A DNA stretch of 62,877 nucleotides, the filler included. It is 8 parts of 8 records of this genome, joined end to end, with 100 filler letters (N's around TTAATTAATTAA, not from the genome) between each part and the next. Parts side by side here need not be neighbours in the genome. Positions count along the whole stretch, not along the records: positions 24,061 to 32,125 come from SRR7504441_641; positions 32,226 to 39,275 come from SRR7504441_643; 6 more parts are not named here. One strand, 5' to 3'. The position numbers and the translations under genes were made by a program. This document shows positions 25,081 to 36,520 of the stretch, piece by piece. Every line of letters starts with the position of its first letter. Positions within the stretch are counted from its first letter, which is position 1. The notes under the pieces are model-generated. The model worked only from the letters and a program-made list of their open reading frames with translations, made no database searches and had not been told where the DNA came from.

Positions 25081-28000
25081 ATGGCCAGCTCAGGGCTTTT
25101 CCTGGAGGAGCTCGAGCCGGCTAGCGAGCCTAGCCCGGCCGACCGCTGGCCAGCGCTGGCGGCCGGGGCCGGGGCTCCCGCCGTGGTCCGAGGGATGCTC
25201 GTGTTGCAGGCGAGTCGAGTCAGGCAGGCACGCGAGACCGAGCGGCGCATGTCCGCCAGCCTGGCCGCCAAAGATCTGGAGGTGCAAGCAGCCAAGGCGC
25301 TGGCCACCGCCGCCGTGGCCGAGGCCAAGAAGCGATGGTCTGCCGAGCAGGCCGGGCCGAAGGTGCAAGCCGAGATCAAGGCGCTGACCAAGGCAAACCA
25401 GGCGCTCAAGGCCGAGCTGCAGGCGGCCCGGGAGCAGACCCGGGGGGCGGTCCGGCCGCTCCTGGCCGAGCTGGAGGGAGGGGCGATGGAGGTCTGTGTA
25501 GAGGTGGCAGCCCAGTTGCAGCACAGCGCCCTCGGCCGGCAGCAGGCCGAAGCCCAGACCACCAGCGTCATGCTCCAGCAGCAGGCCGACCAGGAGGCCC
25601 AGAAGCAGCTCACCACCGAGCTGGATGAGCAGAAGGCCCACGCCGCCCAGCTTGAGAGCGAGTTGGAAGAGCTGAAGGCCCACGCGGCCCAGCTCGAGAC
25701 AGCCCTCGGCTCGGTCCAGCGAACCGACAGGTCTCAATTCGAAGCAGAGCGGCGCGAGTTCGAGCTGCAGATCAACGAGCTTTGCGGGGAGGTGGCCGAC
25801 CTCAAGGCGCAGAAGCTGGAGCTGGAGCAGATGGCGGCCGCGTCCGAGGAGGCCTCGCGACAGGCCGAAGACGAGCTCGCGGCGCAGTGGCAGGCCGAGC
25901 GGCAGGCGGCGCAGGAGAAGATCGAGCAACTGTGCGATGAGCTGGTCCAACTGCGGGAGGATCCGGCCACTCCGTCCGGCTCTGACGAGGGCGGCTGGGT
26001 GGACACGGGTCTGCCTGGCTCATCGCCAGTGTGGACGCCTAGCAAATCTCAATCGAGGTCTACTCTGCTCGCCTCGAGGCTCGACGGGATGTGGCAGTCG
26101 CCGCAGCGGAAGAGCCGGGAGGAGCTGCTGGAGGAGAAGGTGGCCGAGCTGAGCAAAGAGCTGGCCGGACTGGAGAAGCAGCTTGATGAGCAGTCTGCAG
26201 TCGCAGCTGGGCATCCGGGCAGCAGAGTGAAGGAGCTCACCGCCAAAGTCGCCTCGTTAGAGGCCCAGAACAGGGCGCTGGCCGAGGGCAGGGATGAAGC
26301 AGCCCGGACGGCGACAGCAGGCTTCTTCAGAGGGAGTGTTCAGTCTGCCGAGGGCGGGAGTGCCCCGTCTCAGGAGGGCACAGCGGGCTTCTTCCGAGGC
26401 ACGAAGAGCCAGGCGCCCGAAGAGAGTTCGCAATGGGATGCCGACTTGTGGGACGCGGAGAGGCAGGAGCTGCTCGCCCAGATCGAGGACGGGCACAAGC
26501 TGCAGGAGGCTGTGGCTGTCCAGTGGCATGCAGAGCGGCAGGGCTTTGAGGCCCAGATACACCAGCTGACCGGCCAGATCGCCGACGAGAAGGCCAAGTC
26601 TTCCTCGGGCAACGAGCTCACTGCGGAGGTCTCTGTGCTGCTCACGGCCAAGGCCGAGGCCGAGGCGACCATTCGCGAGCTCGAGGGCCAGCTGGCCGAT
26701 TCTAGTGAGAAAGCCGGCCAGTGCGTCCACTCTGAGAGCAAGGCAGCGAGGCTGGAGACGGAGCTTGCGATGATGCGGGGCGAGGTGCGTGGGGCGTCTG
26801 AGGCCCGGAAAGCGATGCAGCAGAGCGCCGAGCAGCGCTGGCAGGCTGAGCGGAAGTCGCTACAGCTCAAGCTGGAGCAGCTGTCCAAAGAGCTGGCCGA
26901 GTCGCGAGCTGCAGCGGACGAGCTGCAGCGGCTGAGGCCGGAGCTGGATGACGTGACCAACCAGCTGCTGGAGGCGCAGAAGGCGGAGCAGCAGGAGCTT
27001 ATGAAGGAGCGGTCGTACACGCTGCTCCGGGAGGACCTGGCCGCCACCAGGGCACAGCTCACCAAGCTGGCGGCTGCCACCAAGGCCACGGCGCCGGCTG
27101 CCGTGATCAAGATGATTTCAGACGGGAGCCTGGCGTCCAAGATCAGCATCCAACAGACTGAGATCGGTGAGCTGACGAATCAGCTCAAGGAGGCGGAGCA
27201 GGCCTGTCAGAACGTGCAGGTCGAGCGCGAGCTCGAGGTGGCGAGGCTGAAGGATCAGCTGACCGAGAGTGTTCAGAGCCACGCGGCCCAGCTAAGGCAC
27301 GCGGAGCGGCCTCAGCTGACCATCGGATCGCAGCTGGAGAAATGGACATCGAATGCTCAGCTGCTCCGGGAGGCAAACGACCTGCGGAGTGAGAAAGCCG
27401 ACAGAGCAGGCAGTGTGAATCTGAGCTCAGAGGAGCTTTTCCAGCTGCGGAAACAGATTATAGAGGCGACCACGCTGAATGAGGATCTTGAGGAGGAAAA
27501 CGAGAGCTTGAGGGAGCAGCTAGATGCGCAGTCATCCCGTCGGAACAAGATTCACAACATTGAGAAAACATTGAAAGAGCTGCAGACACAACTCGAGAGT
27601 GAGATCGAAGAGAACAAACGGCTCCGCTCAGAGCTGCAGGAGGTGACCGCCTCGCGAGATCGGGACCGCGCACGGTTGCATGTATTTGAGGGGCACAAGC
27701 GTGCGATTGAAGTTCGACAGAAGAGACTGGAGTCTATGAGCGCCCAGCTGGAGGTGACAAGCGAGTCTGTGTGGGGCGAGCTTGGGAGTGGGCTAATGGA
27801 CTTTATTGAACGTCACCGGAACGAATGTTCAGCCCAGCACAATGAGATTGTGGCCCTGATTGAAGAGAACAACCTGATTGTGGCCCAGCAAGAGGAGCGT
27901 GAGGCAAGTTATCGAGCCGAGCTGGACATGCTACGCCAGCGGCCGGCCGAAGACAACACAGACAAGGCGGCGCTGCTGGCTGAGAAAGCTGTTACTGATC

Positions 28001-29217
28001 AGAGGCTTCAGGCTGCTCAGGGAGAGCTCAGCACCCAGGCGCACGTGACAGACGCTCTGGAGCAGCAGCACACCAGGATGCTGCAGGCGTTTGAGCGGCA
28101 GCTGACACAGTTCCAGAGCTCAATAACCTCACTGGCCAATGCAGGCCTCAGCCCCAGTAGCAGAGGATCCAGCCCAATCTCAGTTAACTTGGAGATTACA
28201 AGCTCAGGCGAGGCGTCGGAGTCCGTCCAAGTGGTGCAGTTGCTTCAGAGCACGCTGAGTGCGGCCAGCAGCGTGATCGAAGAACTGTCCTCCCGGCTGG
28301 CCCGCAGCGAGGCTGGCTTGAAGAACGAGATGCTAGCCACACTCGAAGTGGCGCAAGAAGCCGAGCAGACACGCGAAGCGCTCAAGACCCAGCAGAGGGA
28401 GGCCATGGAGTCGAGTAGGGGTGCCAAGGAGGAGTCAGCAGCTCTGAGGAAGGAGCTGAAGCAGCGTGAGATCGAGATAGAAACGCTGGTGGAGGAGCGG
28501 GCCGACAACGCGGAGCGCATGCACCAGCTTGATGCGACGATCGCACGAGGGTCGGCGGAGGTCGAGGAGCTGCGTGTCCAGCTGGCCGGGCAACTGGGGG
28601 AGGACAGCCAGCTGATGGAGGTGTTTACGCGGCAGATCAGCGTGCTACAGGAGGAGCTCAAGGAGAAGGACCGCGTGGCACTTGAGACGCAAGCGCTGCT
28701 CAGTGCGGCCCGGTCGGAGCTCCGCGAGACCAAGCAGGGCTCGCGTGCTGTGAGCGAGCTGCAGATGCAGATTGAAAAGCTGGAGCGGGTGGTGTTGCAG
28801 CAGGAGGAGGCCAAGGCGGAGGTTGAGAGCAACTTCGACATGGCGTGCAGGGACAGGGTGCGGCTGCAGCAAAAAGTAGATCAGCTGGCCGAGACGATTG
28901 ACAGCATGGAGGTGTCGGAAAAGCGTCTGGTCGGGATGCTGCACAGGATGGAGCAAGAACTACACAAGAGCAGCGACCCCGCCAGTGACCGATTAGTAGA
29001 CCGAGTAGCGCCCACTGGCCTACTGGCGGGCCAGCCCGCTTACTCCAAGGATGTGCTTCTGCCCAAGCTGCGAGCCGAGTGGGCGACTGCGAGTCCAGAT
29101 AGGCCCACAGTGGCTCCACTGGCGTACACTGAGAGTGCCCTCAGTTTCAAGGATGATTTCAGTTCCGCTACGACGAGACAACAGCCGGAGGGCCTGAGGG
29201 AGCCGTGGCGGCCGTAG
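25081..29217 (+). CDS. Long coiled-coil protein of unknown function
   Basis: About 1380 aa uninterrupted ORF, rich in E/L/A/Q heptads; first ATG at 25081. Confidence 0.8.
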   Translation: MASSGLFLEELEPASEPSPADRWPALAAGAGAPAVVRGMLVLQASRVRQARETERRMSASLAAKDLEVQAAKALATAAVAEAKKRWSAEQAGPKVQAEIKALTKANQALKAELQAAREQTRGAVRPLLAELEGGAMEVCVEVAAQLQHSALGRQQAEAQTTSVMLQQQADQEAQKQLTTELDEQKAHAAQLESELEELKAHAAQLETALGSVQRTDRSQFEAERREFELQINELCGEVADLKAQKLELEQMAAASEEASRQAEDELAAQWQAERQAAQEKIEQLCDELVQLREDPATPSGSDEGGWVDTGLPGSSPVWTPSKSQSRSTLLASRLDGMWQSPQRKSREELLEEKVAELSKELAGLEKQLDEQSAVAAGHPGSRVKELTAKVASLEAQNRALAEGRDEAARTATAGFFRGSVQSAEGGSAPSQEGTAGFFRGTKSQAPEESSQWDADLWDAERQELLAQIEDGHKLQEAVAVQWHAERQGFEAQIHQLTGQIADEKAKSSSGNELTAEVSVLLTAKAEAEATIRELEGQLADSSEKAGQCVHSESKAARLETELAMMRGEVRGASEARKAMQQSAEQRWQAERKSLQLKLEQLSKELAESRAAADELQRLRPELDDVTNQLLEAQKAEQQELMKERSYTLLREDLAATRAQLTKLAAATKATAPAAVIKMISDGSLASKISIQQTEIGELTNQLKEAEQACQNVQVERELEVARLKDQLTESVQSHAAQLRHAERPQLTIGSQLEKWTSNAQLLREANDLRSEKADRAGSVNLSSEELFQLRKQIIEATTLNEDLEEENESLREQLDAQSSRRNKIHNIEKTLKELQTQLESEIEENKRLRSELQEVTASRDRDRARLHVFEGHKRAIEVRQKRLESMSAQLEVTSESVWGELGSGLMDFIERHRNECSAQHNEIVALIEENNLIVAQQEEREASYRAELDMLRQRPAEDNTDKAALLAEKAVTDQRLQAAQGELSTQAHVTDALEQQHTRMLQAFERQLTQFQSSITSLANAGLSPSSRGSSPISVNLEITSSGEASESVQVVQLLQSTLSAASSVIEELSSRLARSEAGLKNEMLATLEVAQEAEQTREALKTQQREAMESSRGAKEESAALRKELKQREIEIETLVEERADNAERMHQLDATIARGSAEVEELRVQLAGQLGEDSQLMEVFTRQISVLQEELKEKDRVALETQALLSAARSELRETKQGSRAVSELQMQIEKLERVVLQQEEAKAEVESNFDMACRDRVRLQQKVDQLAETIDSMEVSEKRLVGMLHRMEQELHKSSDPASDRLVDRVAPTGLLAGQPAYSKDVLLPKLRAEWATASPDRPTVAPLAYTESALSFKDDFSSATTRQQPEGLREPWRP

Positions 29218-29257
29218 GGTGAAGGTATTGTGAAAGCTTAGGTGGGGTGTATAGGCG

Positions 29258-29301
29258 CTAGGCGTGGCCTAGGCGTGGCCTAGGCATGACCTAGGCATGA
29301 C
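29258..29301. repeat. 11-bp tandem repeat (CTAGGCRTGRC)x4 in a 3' intergenic region
   Basis: ctaggcgtggc twice, followed by ctaggcatgac twice. Confidence 0.85.
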
Positions 29302-29526
29302 CTTATTAGTGAATCAAACCCGAACAACAATATAAACTACTACAGGTATCGAATTTGAAGTGCATGTAGGTCTACGGGCATTGACTACGCAAATTTTAAT
29401 AGTACAAACAGTTACGATCAATTATGCAAGCGCCAGCAATACGCCAGCAATGAGACACGCGCCGTGAGATCAGATTTGATCCAACCACCAAATGGAACTA
29501 AGCAGTGGAACTGCGAGCTGGCCCGG

Positions 29527-30770
29527 CTAGTTTGCCAGTAGACCCTCCCACTGGCTGCCCGCGCTCGCCTTGGCCATGGTCAGACTGAGCACTCGCCCTG
29601 ATGGGCAGTCCTCTATACTCCAGTTGACATCATCAGAGTCGACCTGGCCTCGCTCGCCAGCCGGCCGGCAACCAGCCTGCACCTGCTTGCTCAGTGCCCC
29701 GTCAACCACAGCCCCGTCGCCGTCCAGCGTGCGCACAACCAGCCGGAGCCGGCCGGGCTTGACGACACAATCCACGTCCCTGCCGGGACTCAGCTCGTGC
29801 GGTCGCAGCCGGCTACTTGGATTTGGTGCAGCTGGGGCAGAGCACCCTCACTTGCACCTCTTCCTCGTCCTGGCTCCAGTTCCAGCCACCTGGCCCCCGA
29901 TCGCCGGCTCGGCACCGGGCTCTACCGAGCTCGGAGGGCGTCTCCTCGCTCAGCTGCGAAGGCGCCGCAGCCTGCATCTGGCCCGGGGTGACCACAGTCG
30001 CCCCCGGCCCGGCCAGCTGCTTCATCTGGTCTATCTCCTTGTCTGCCCCCGGATCGATTCATAAACAGCCGGCCCGCACCAGCACTCCGGCTCTGGTTGC
30101 GTTCCCTCGCCCGCTGCATCCACTCGGTGTCCGAACTCAGCTCCTCCAACCGGAAATCCAGCCTGCGCCAGCCCTCGGCCCGAGCCGCCCAGCCGCGCAC
30201 CGCTCAAACAGGTCGTTCCCGTCGTCCACCAGCCGGCTCACAAAGGCATCACCGCAGACGTTCCGTGGGAGCCCACAGCTGCCGGTCTGGTTGCCGGGTG
30301 GGGGAGGGGCGTGGGATACCGTTCCGAGATGGCGCTGGCCCGAGGGTTAGGGGGCGAGCCCTTGGCGGTGCCGCTGTCGTCGCAGTACATGTTCACATGC
30401 TCGTATCCGTTGGCCTGTCCGAGGCCGCTGGCCGGGCCGGCTCGGGTCGGCGGCCGCCTTGACGCCGTTCTGAAGCGGAAGCGACTCGACAAGCTGCATC
30501 CCGGCCACCATGCTGAGCATTTCGTCCGTTACCACCGTCCCTGGCCCCGATCGCCCGGCTCCCGGGCGGGGCGGCACCGGCCGGCAGCTGGGTCTGGAGC
30601 TGCTGCCGGAGCGCGGCCTGTGAGCTGGCCGAGGAGGTGGTGGTCTCGCGGTAGTGCTGCTGGAGCCGCTGGGTGAGGCACTCCACCTCCTGGCCCGGCG
30701 GCTGCTCCTGCTCCCACTGCTCCAGTGGCCCCTCCACCGGCACTGACACGAAAGAGAACACCGGCGCCAT
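29527..30770 (-). CDS. CS (p23/NudC-like) domain co-chaperone, multi-exon
   Basis: The C-terminus reads WNWSQDEEEVQVRV...VDSDDVNWSIED...LSLTMAK...WEGLL. An N-terminal VNMYCDD.G..K..P.NPRA motif is also present. Confidence 0.7.
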
Positions 30771-31009
30771 GTGTTCGGGCGGCGCTCGCCTCGCTGCGCG
30801 GTCAGTTTTCTGCCGCGTTCATGCTCCAGGGACTGACGGTAGATCAAGATGAGTAGACTGACGGTAAGGCGGCGCAACAAGGCTGGTGGGCGACGACCCT
30901 AGTTGATACATTGGTGGAAGTACTAGTATTATCTAGTACAACTGTATTCTACTTAATTTTATAATTATGATTGTGGTGGGGCTGACCCACTCCGCTTTAA
31001 TGAATGTAA

Positions 31010-31656
31010 TCAAACCCCAATTGCAGGAGGAGGAAAGCCGGCAAGGGAAAGCGGCAGGCGCCTTGAGGCAGATTCGATATCGCTCCGATTGGCCGACAGC
31101 ACCCGCGGTTGGCTGGCCGTCTGATTGGCCGGCGACTTGATCGACCGTCCCTGCTTCTCTGACGATTCTTTTTCTTTGTCCTTCTTCTTCTTCTTCCTCC
31201 TCCTCCTCTGTTCCGAGGGACACTCGAAGATCTTCTCTTCGCTGAGCGTGGCGTTCTCGTTCTTGAGGCGCTCGAGATGAACAGCCAGCTCTGCAAGGGT
31301 GGTCTCGGCGAGTTTGCTCGCGAGCAAATCCCTGATTGCCACGTCTGACAGCTTTAAAACGTGCTGGATGGCATTCTCGTTCGTCCACTTCCTGAAACTG
31401 CGACTTTGGAGCAGCTTTGCGCACTGCGGGAGGCGCGGCAGGGTCCTCCCTTTTTCTTTGGGCTACGGTTACACTTGACACCAGCACTGCCCGTGTCAGC
31501 ACAATACTTGCTGTGCTTACTGCCCTTTAATAAAACCACGTCGCCACCCTTGAACGTGGCTTGAAAGTGGACCCATGGACCAATCGTAGCACGGTTACAC
31601 TTGATTCCAGCGCTGCCCGTGTCGGCGCAATACTTGCCGTCCTTGCCACCGGCCAA
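31010..31656 (-). pseudogene. Fragmentary gene with two 42-aa fascin/beta-trefoil-like repeats
   Basis: KYCADTGSAG(I/V)KCNR is repeated at 126-bp spacing. The second repeat breaks off, and no clean start or splice model was found. Confidence 0.4.
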
Positions 31657-32125
31657 AGAAGCGAAAAGCAGATAGGAAGGCTATCAAACTTTTGAAAACC
31701 AAAGCGAAAGCGTTGCCAAAGAAACTAGTGTGGGGACAGGGAGTGACGCCATGGGTGGGTTCTCTGTATAGACCGTTGACAAAACAGATCTTCTGCCGGA
31801 TAGAGAATGGTATCCAGAAATGTGAAGTCGAAAAGGTGCTAGCTTGTAGGACACGCGCATGCCAAAAGGCCCCTGGTGGATGTGACAAGGATTGCCAAGA
31901 TACGCTATTGCACTTTTGATTCAAACCCAATTTCAAGCAGCTACTACCATTACAGGTGTAGCCATTTCGTCATTCATATCGTCATTCATGTCACATTTAA
32001 TCTTTGGTTAGTTTATCGGTATTGAAACTCAGTTTTACTCAATTGATTGTTAATTAATTACGAGTTAATTACAACTATTCTGTAGTACTCGTATTATTGA
32101 TTTCTAGTTTTAGCTTGTTACTAAA

Positions 32126-32225
32126 NNNNNNNNNNNNNNNNNNNNNNNNNNNNNNNNNNNNNNNNNNNNTTAATTAATTAANNNNNNNNNNNNNNNNNNN
32201 NNNNNNNNNNNNNNNNNNNNNNNNN
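32126..32225. other. Artificial contig spacer
   Basis: N44-TTAATTAATTAA-N44. Confidence 0.97.
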
Positions 32226-32226
32226 G

Positions 32227-32964
32227 GTGGGTGTGGTTTGGGACTGCTCGTACGGTGCAGTTGAGTGGTACGAATGGACCGATGACGGGCCGACGCAGCT
32301 CACGATAGTCGAGCCGGAGACAGTAGCCATGTCCACGAGCGCCGTGAGCGAGACCACCTTGCTGCCCACCCTCTCGGCCTTGGCGCTACTCAGACGACAC
32401 GGCGGTAACCTCGAAGCGTCGCTTGCAGGTTTCTTTGACGGCTCACAGGACGATCTTTCTGCGAGCCTGGCAGACGAGGTCAGGCCTGTGAGCCTCCACT
32501 TCAGAGCGGCCGTGTCACCTGTGGAGCGCGAGGTGCGGGCGGCTGTGGAAGCCCACCCCGGGCTGGAATGGTCGACTGTGCGGGCGCGGCACCTGGGTCG
32601 TGAGGGCTGGGTGCTGCGGATTGATGAGTCGGACGACACAGTGCAGCTCGAGCACTATGACCGGGCCCGGAGCTGGTACCCAAGGAGCGTGCTGGCCCGG
32701 GTGGCCGACCCGGCGATGGAGGGGGCCCAGCTGCAGTTCGGGCTGGGTGCCCGCGTGTTGTGCAACATGGGTGACGAGGAGGGTTGGGTGGGTGGCACGG
32801 TCAACGGCCTGTGGCACAGAGCGCAGGGCTGGGGCGCGCGGGCTTCGGTGCCGTACTCCATCGAGACGGTTGACGGGAGGGGGATTTATGCGCCAACGGA
32901 CTCGGATGAGTGCATACGGGCCGACACCGAGCCGAATCGTCACCTCGTTAACATGACTTCTTGA
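32227..32964 (+). CDS. 5'-truncated protein with a Mib-SH3-like segment and a C-terminal LxFxxGxRVxC...APxDxDxCIR module
   Basis: H.GLEW...LGREGWVLRIDESDDTV and LQFGLGARVLCNMG...PYSIE...IYAPTDSDECIR are present; the ORF is open to the contig edge. Confidence 0.6.
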   Translation: MGVVWDCSYGAVEWYEWTDDGPTQLTIVEPETVAMSTSAVSETTLLPTLSALALLRRHGGNLEASLAGFFDGSQDDLSASLADEVRPVSLHFRAAVSPVEREVRAAVEAHPGLEWSTVRARHLGREGWVLRIDESDDTVQLEHYDRARSWYPRSVLARVADPAMEGAQLQFGLGARVLCNMGDEEGWVGGTVNGLWHRAQGWGARASVPYSIETVDGRGIYAPTDSDECIRADTEPNRHLVNMTS

Positions 32965-33667
32965 TTACATGACTTGTATTCTTGAGGTGATCTTGTTTTT
33001 AACTTCAGCTTTCAATAATTCATGGCCTTCCTCGGAGTTCTCGTCCCGTCGTCCGATCGGGCTGTTCACACACTGTGTGATTCCAGGTGTTGGCGTTGAA
33101 GAACTTTGTGGAGGATAAAGCCGTGCAGAAAAGTAGTGGAGGTTCTCGGGCAATCTCTAAATCTCGGCGTCGCAACAACAAGCGCGAGAAAAAGGCTCGC
33201 CAGTCCGAATAGGACTCGGGGGTACTCTATATTGGTGATAAAGCTTCCTATTGTAAGTCCGTTGAATGAGTGAAGATAGTGACTACAGTGTATCAAGTAC
33301 CGTAACAAAAAACTAACTTCCACACTAACTAATAATAACTACATTTCTTGATAACTGCATGATCGGCCAGTAGTGCCATGGGCCAGGGGCGAGCCTGGTG
33401 TACTCTGGTAAGGATGATGCCCTCTCGCTCGACCTACTGCCCACCAACTTGATGGGGCGGTGCCTGCTGATTGGGGCGCCCGCCAGAGCGGGCGCCCGAG
33501 GACGAGGGGTTTGTGTTCATCTCCATGCCCCGGCCCGCTCTGGCGTTAGGAAGAGCTCTCCAAGGGTGCAGGGGTGTGGAGAGCTCTCCACGTCTGGCGT
33601 TAGGCCCTTGCGGGTGTGGAGAGGGCTTCCCAACGCCAGAGCGGGCGCTGCGCCGGGCGCTGGGCTA

Positions 33668-36193
33668 ATGGCTGTGCTGGCGCTGGGGTTGCTCGGGCGG
33701 CTTGCCGGGAGCGCTTCGGCGGCCTGTCCAGACCCGTTCGCCGACTGCTCCGCCCACCGTTCCGGCGGCGACCAGACGGCAGCCATTGACCCGAGCTCGT
33801 GCATAACATATACGCTGCCAACCGCCACGACGCTCAAAGACCTGTTCACCTCCACCGAGATCGGCACGAGGCCCACGGCCCCAAATACCTTGGCAGGCGG
33901 GGCACCGTGCGCGGAGCCGGTGCCTGCGTGGGAAAGACTGGTGTCTCCGCTGCCTGGAGCTGAGTACCCATTGCGGGGCTGGTGTGCAGCTGGAATCAAT
34001 ATTGCGGACCTTAATGGCGAAGCGCGAGCCCGGTTTGGTGCGCTTTTCAACAACGAGAATGTAGCCGCCACTTCTGACCAGTCCGTGGGCTTCGGGCTGG
34101 AAGGATATGGAAGTGGGGTGGCACTAGGCGCCGGACTTGCTCGCTATGGATATCAGCGTACGGTTCTCAAGGGCACCATCTGGGTCAAATCTGCTGACCC
34201 TGGCGATCCGTTCGAGCTGGCGATGCGGTTCGGGTCCACGAGCAGCTTCATCTGGGACAGTCCGTACTGGACCAACGCTGCACTTTTGGACGCTGGCGAT
34301 AACGATCCAACCAAGGACGCGGATGGCAAATTTGCGGCCTTCACCGGATATGTCGCCAAAGAGATCAGAGGCTGCCTTGAACCGACTGACGCGCCGACTA
34401 GCCCACCAACTGATGGGCCGACTGGCTCACCGACGAGCGCTCCAACCACCAAAGCTCCGACCAATGCGCCCACCTGCATGCTACCTGGGCAGCACATGGC
34501 GCTGATGGCGCTGTATGAGGCTGCCAACGGCACCACCTGGCGCAACAATACTGGCTGGGCCGCTGCCAGGGACCTGTGTGCACAAATCTAGGGTTGCCTC
34601 TAATCATATCAGTATCTTACCAAAAGTGCTCGGGATGCTGCCCGAGATCGAGTTGGTTTGCAGAAGCAACTGCTCCAGGCTGGTGAGGCTACCTAGCCTG
34701 GGCCGGGGCAAGGACCCAGAGATCAAGTTCATACAAACGTTCAAACTTTGCAGCCAACCTAGCCGGCCAAAGGCACAGGGAATGGTGCCCGTGTGCCAGT
34801 TGCTACTGGACGAGAACTCTGACAGCCCGGCTATGCTGCCCAAGGAGCTAGGCAGGGACCCAGAGAGATCATTCACGTCCGTTTTGAGTCGCACCAGACC
34901 AGTTAGGCTGCCGAGCGTGTGAGGCAGAGAGCCGGAGAGCGAATTCCAGACCAACGTCATCGCTTGAAGATTGGTCATGCTGCCAAAAGCGCGCGGTATT
35001 GTGCCGCTCAGCCGTTGCTTATACACAGTCCAGTACGGCGTCAACCTAAATGTGCGGGGCTGCTCCAGCGGTATGTCCTCTCGAAGGCGGTCTTCCTCTC
35101 TGACCTTTTTTTCTCCAGGCAACTTTACGAGCCTGTTGAACCTCTTTGCCTTTGAGAACGCGCTCACAGGAAGCTTGCCTGACACCCTCGAAAGCTTGTC
35201 CGCTATGAAGCAGTTGATCATTCACAAAAACCTGTTGCAGGAATCCAGCGTTGCACTTGCTAAGTGGCCACCTGGGCAGGTCAACAAACCCTGATTGTAA
35301 ACCCCCAGCCGATTGCTGACCGGATCTGGGCAGACGGCGATGCAATTCACAGCCATAAACAACCCTCAAGATTTTACACAAGTCGTATTCTTTGGTACAA
35401 TCATGACCGCGCCTGGGGCGTATATCCTTATATTCAATGGAATTTTCTACAACCCATTCGCTGCCATTGTCCCAAAGGTTTTCACCAATATCGCCCTCGT
35501 CTTCAGTGGTAATCAGCAACTCGTCACAAACGCCTCCACGCTACCAGCCACACTACCTAGCAACCTTTTAAAGTCAGACCGCATCAAGCAGGTTTAAAGC
35601 AAACCCTGGCCACCAAGAAAACATGAAGAAACATAGATCACTGCGCACAATAAGGCGGATTCTCTACCAGCTGGCGCACATCCCGGTCTTGGTCATACTT
35701 TCGTTGCCAATTTGCCTCTTTGTGCTCTGCACAAATGTAGCAAAAGGCCAATTGCCCGCGATAGTGGAGTTCTTGTTTGGTAACGCTCTCTTGGTGGCAC
35801 TGATGGGCTCGTTGCTCGAAGCGTCGCTCGTTCCCACTGCCACTACTTGGCTTGCAAAGATGAAACATGGAGCTGTGGCTGCGGATTCCCCAGAGGTCAT
35901 AGCAGCTGCAGTTTGTAGATGTTTACAGCAAGCATTCCAACAAACATTTGGTGCAGCATGGCCAATTTGAATCAAATCTTGACCAAAATATCGGAATACT
36001 GGTCCCGATGGAGTCCTGCACCATACACGACGATCTTAATGGGGTTTCGTCGTCTAAGATAGAAGAGGCTAGGCAAGCACTGGTAATTCTTCGAAGTCGT
36101 CGGGATGATGGTCATATCACGAAAGCCGAATACAAGAAGCAAAAGAAAGAGCTTTATAAAAGTTACAAAAGCTTGGAGACCGTCAATATATAG
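33668..36193 (+). pseudogene. Rearranged or degenerate LRR receptor-like gene (signal peptide, extracellular domain, PT linker, LRR N-cap, LRRs, TM segments, SHOCT-like tail)
   Basis: It has a MAVLALGLL signal, PTxAPT repeats and the ALMALYEAANG..W....GW N-cap. LRRs lie on the minus strand at 34621-35028 and on the plus strand from 35119. Frame-broken hydrophobic segments and DGHITKAEYKKQKKEL follow. Confidence 0.65.
34574..35028 (-). other. Inverted LRR exon plus its downstream 47-nt intron
   Basis: The minus strand encodes about 5.5 plant-type LRRs (NxLSGSLP..LG.L) ending STFG|GTAAGA...CACACAG (34620-34574). The block is bounded by CTGTGT/ACACAG. Confidence 0.75.
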
Positions 36194-36520
36194 CGGCAGG
36201 TGAAGGGGTTATAGACATTCAATTCTACATATATACTTGCATTAAAAAACTCGAGTGATGAGAGTCCCACCATAATTGTATACCGGGCCTACTTTAAGTC
36301 TTTTAGGGCATACGTTCTATCCCTAAACTAACCTATCGCCTAGGCCGTATAGGTTAGTTGCTATTAGTTGCTCCGGCCGTTCTTGGGGGCCGCCACCGCC
36401 TGTTCGCGAAGCAGGAAGCCATACGAGAGCTTCAAGCTCAACAAGGCCAGCACGAGGTTGCTGATCCGCCAACGGCACGGATGATGGTACGCGGGTGTTT
36501 CTCACCGCCAGCTCGCAGCC

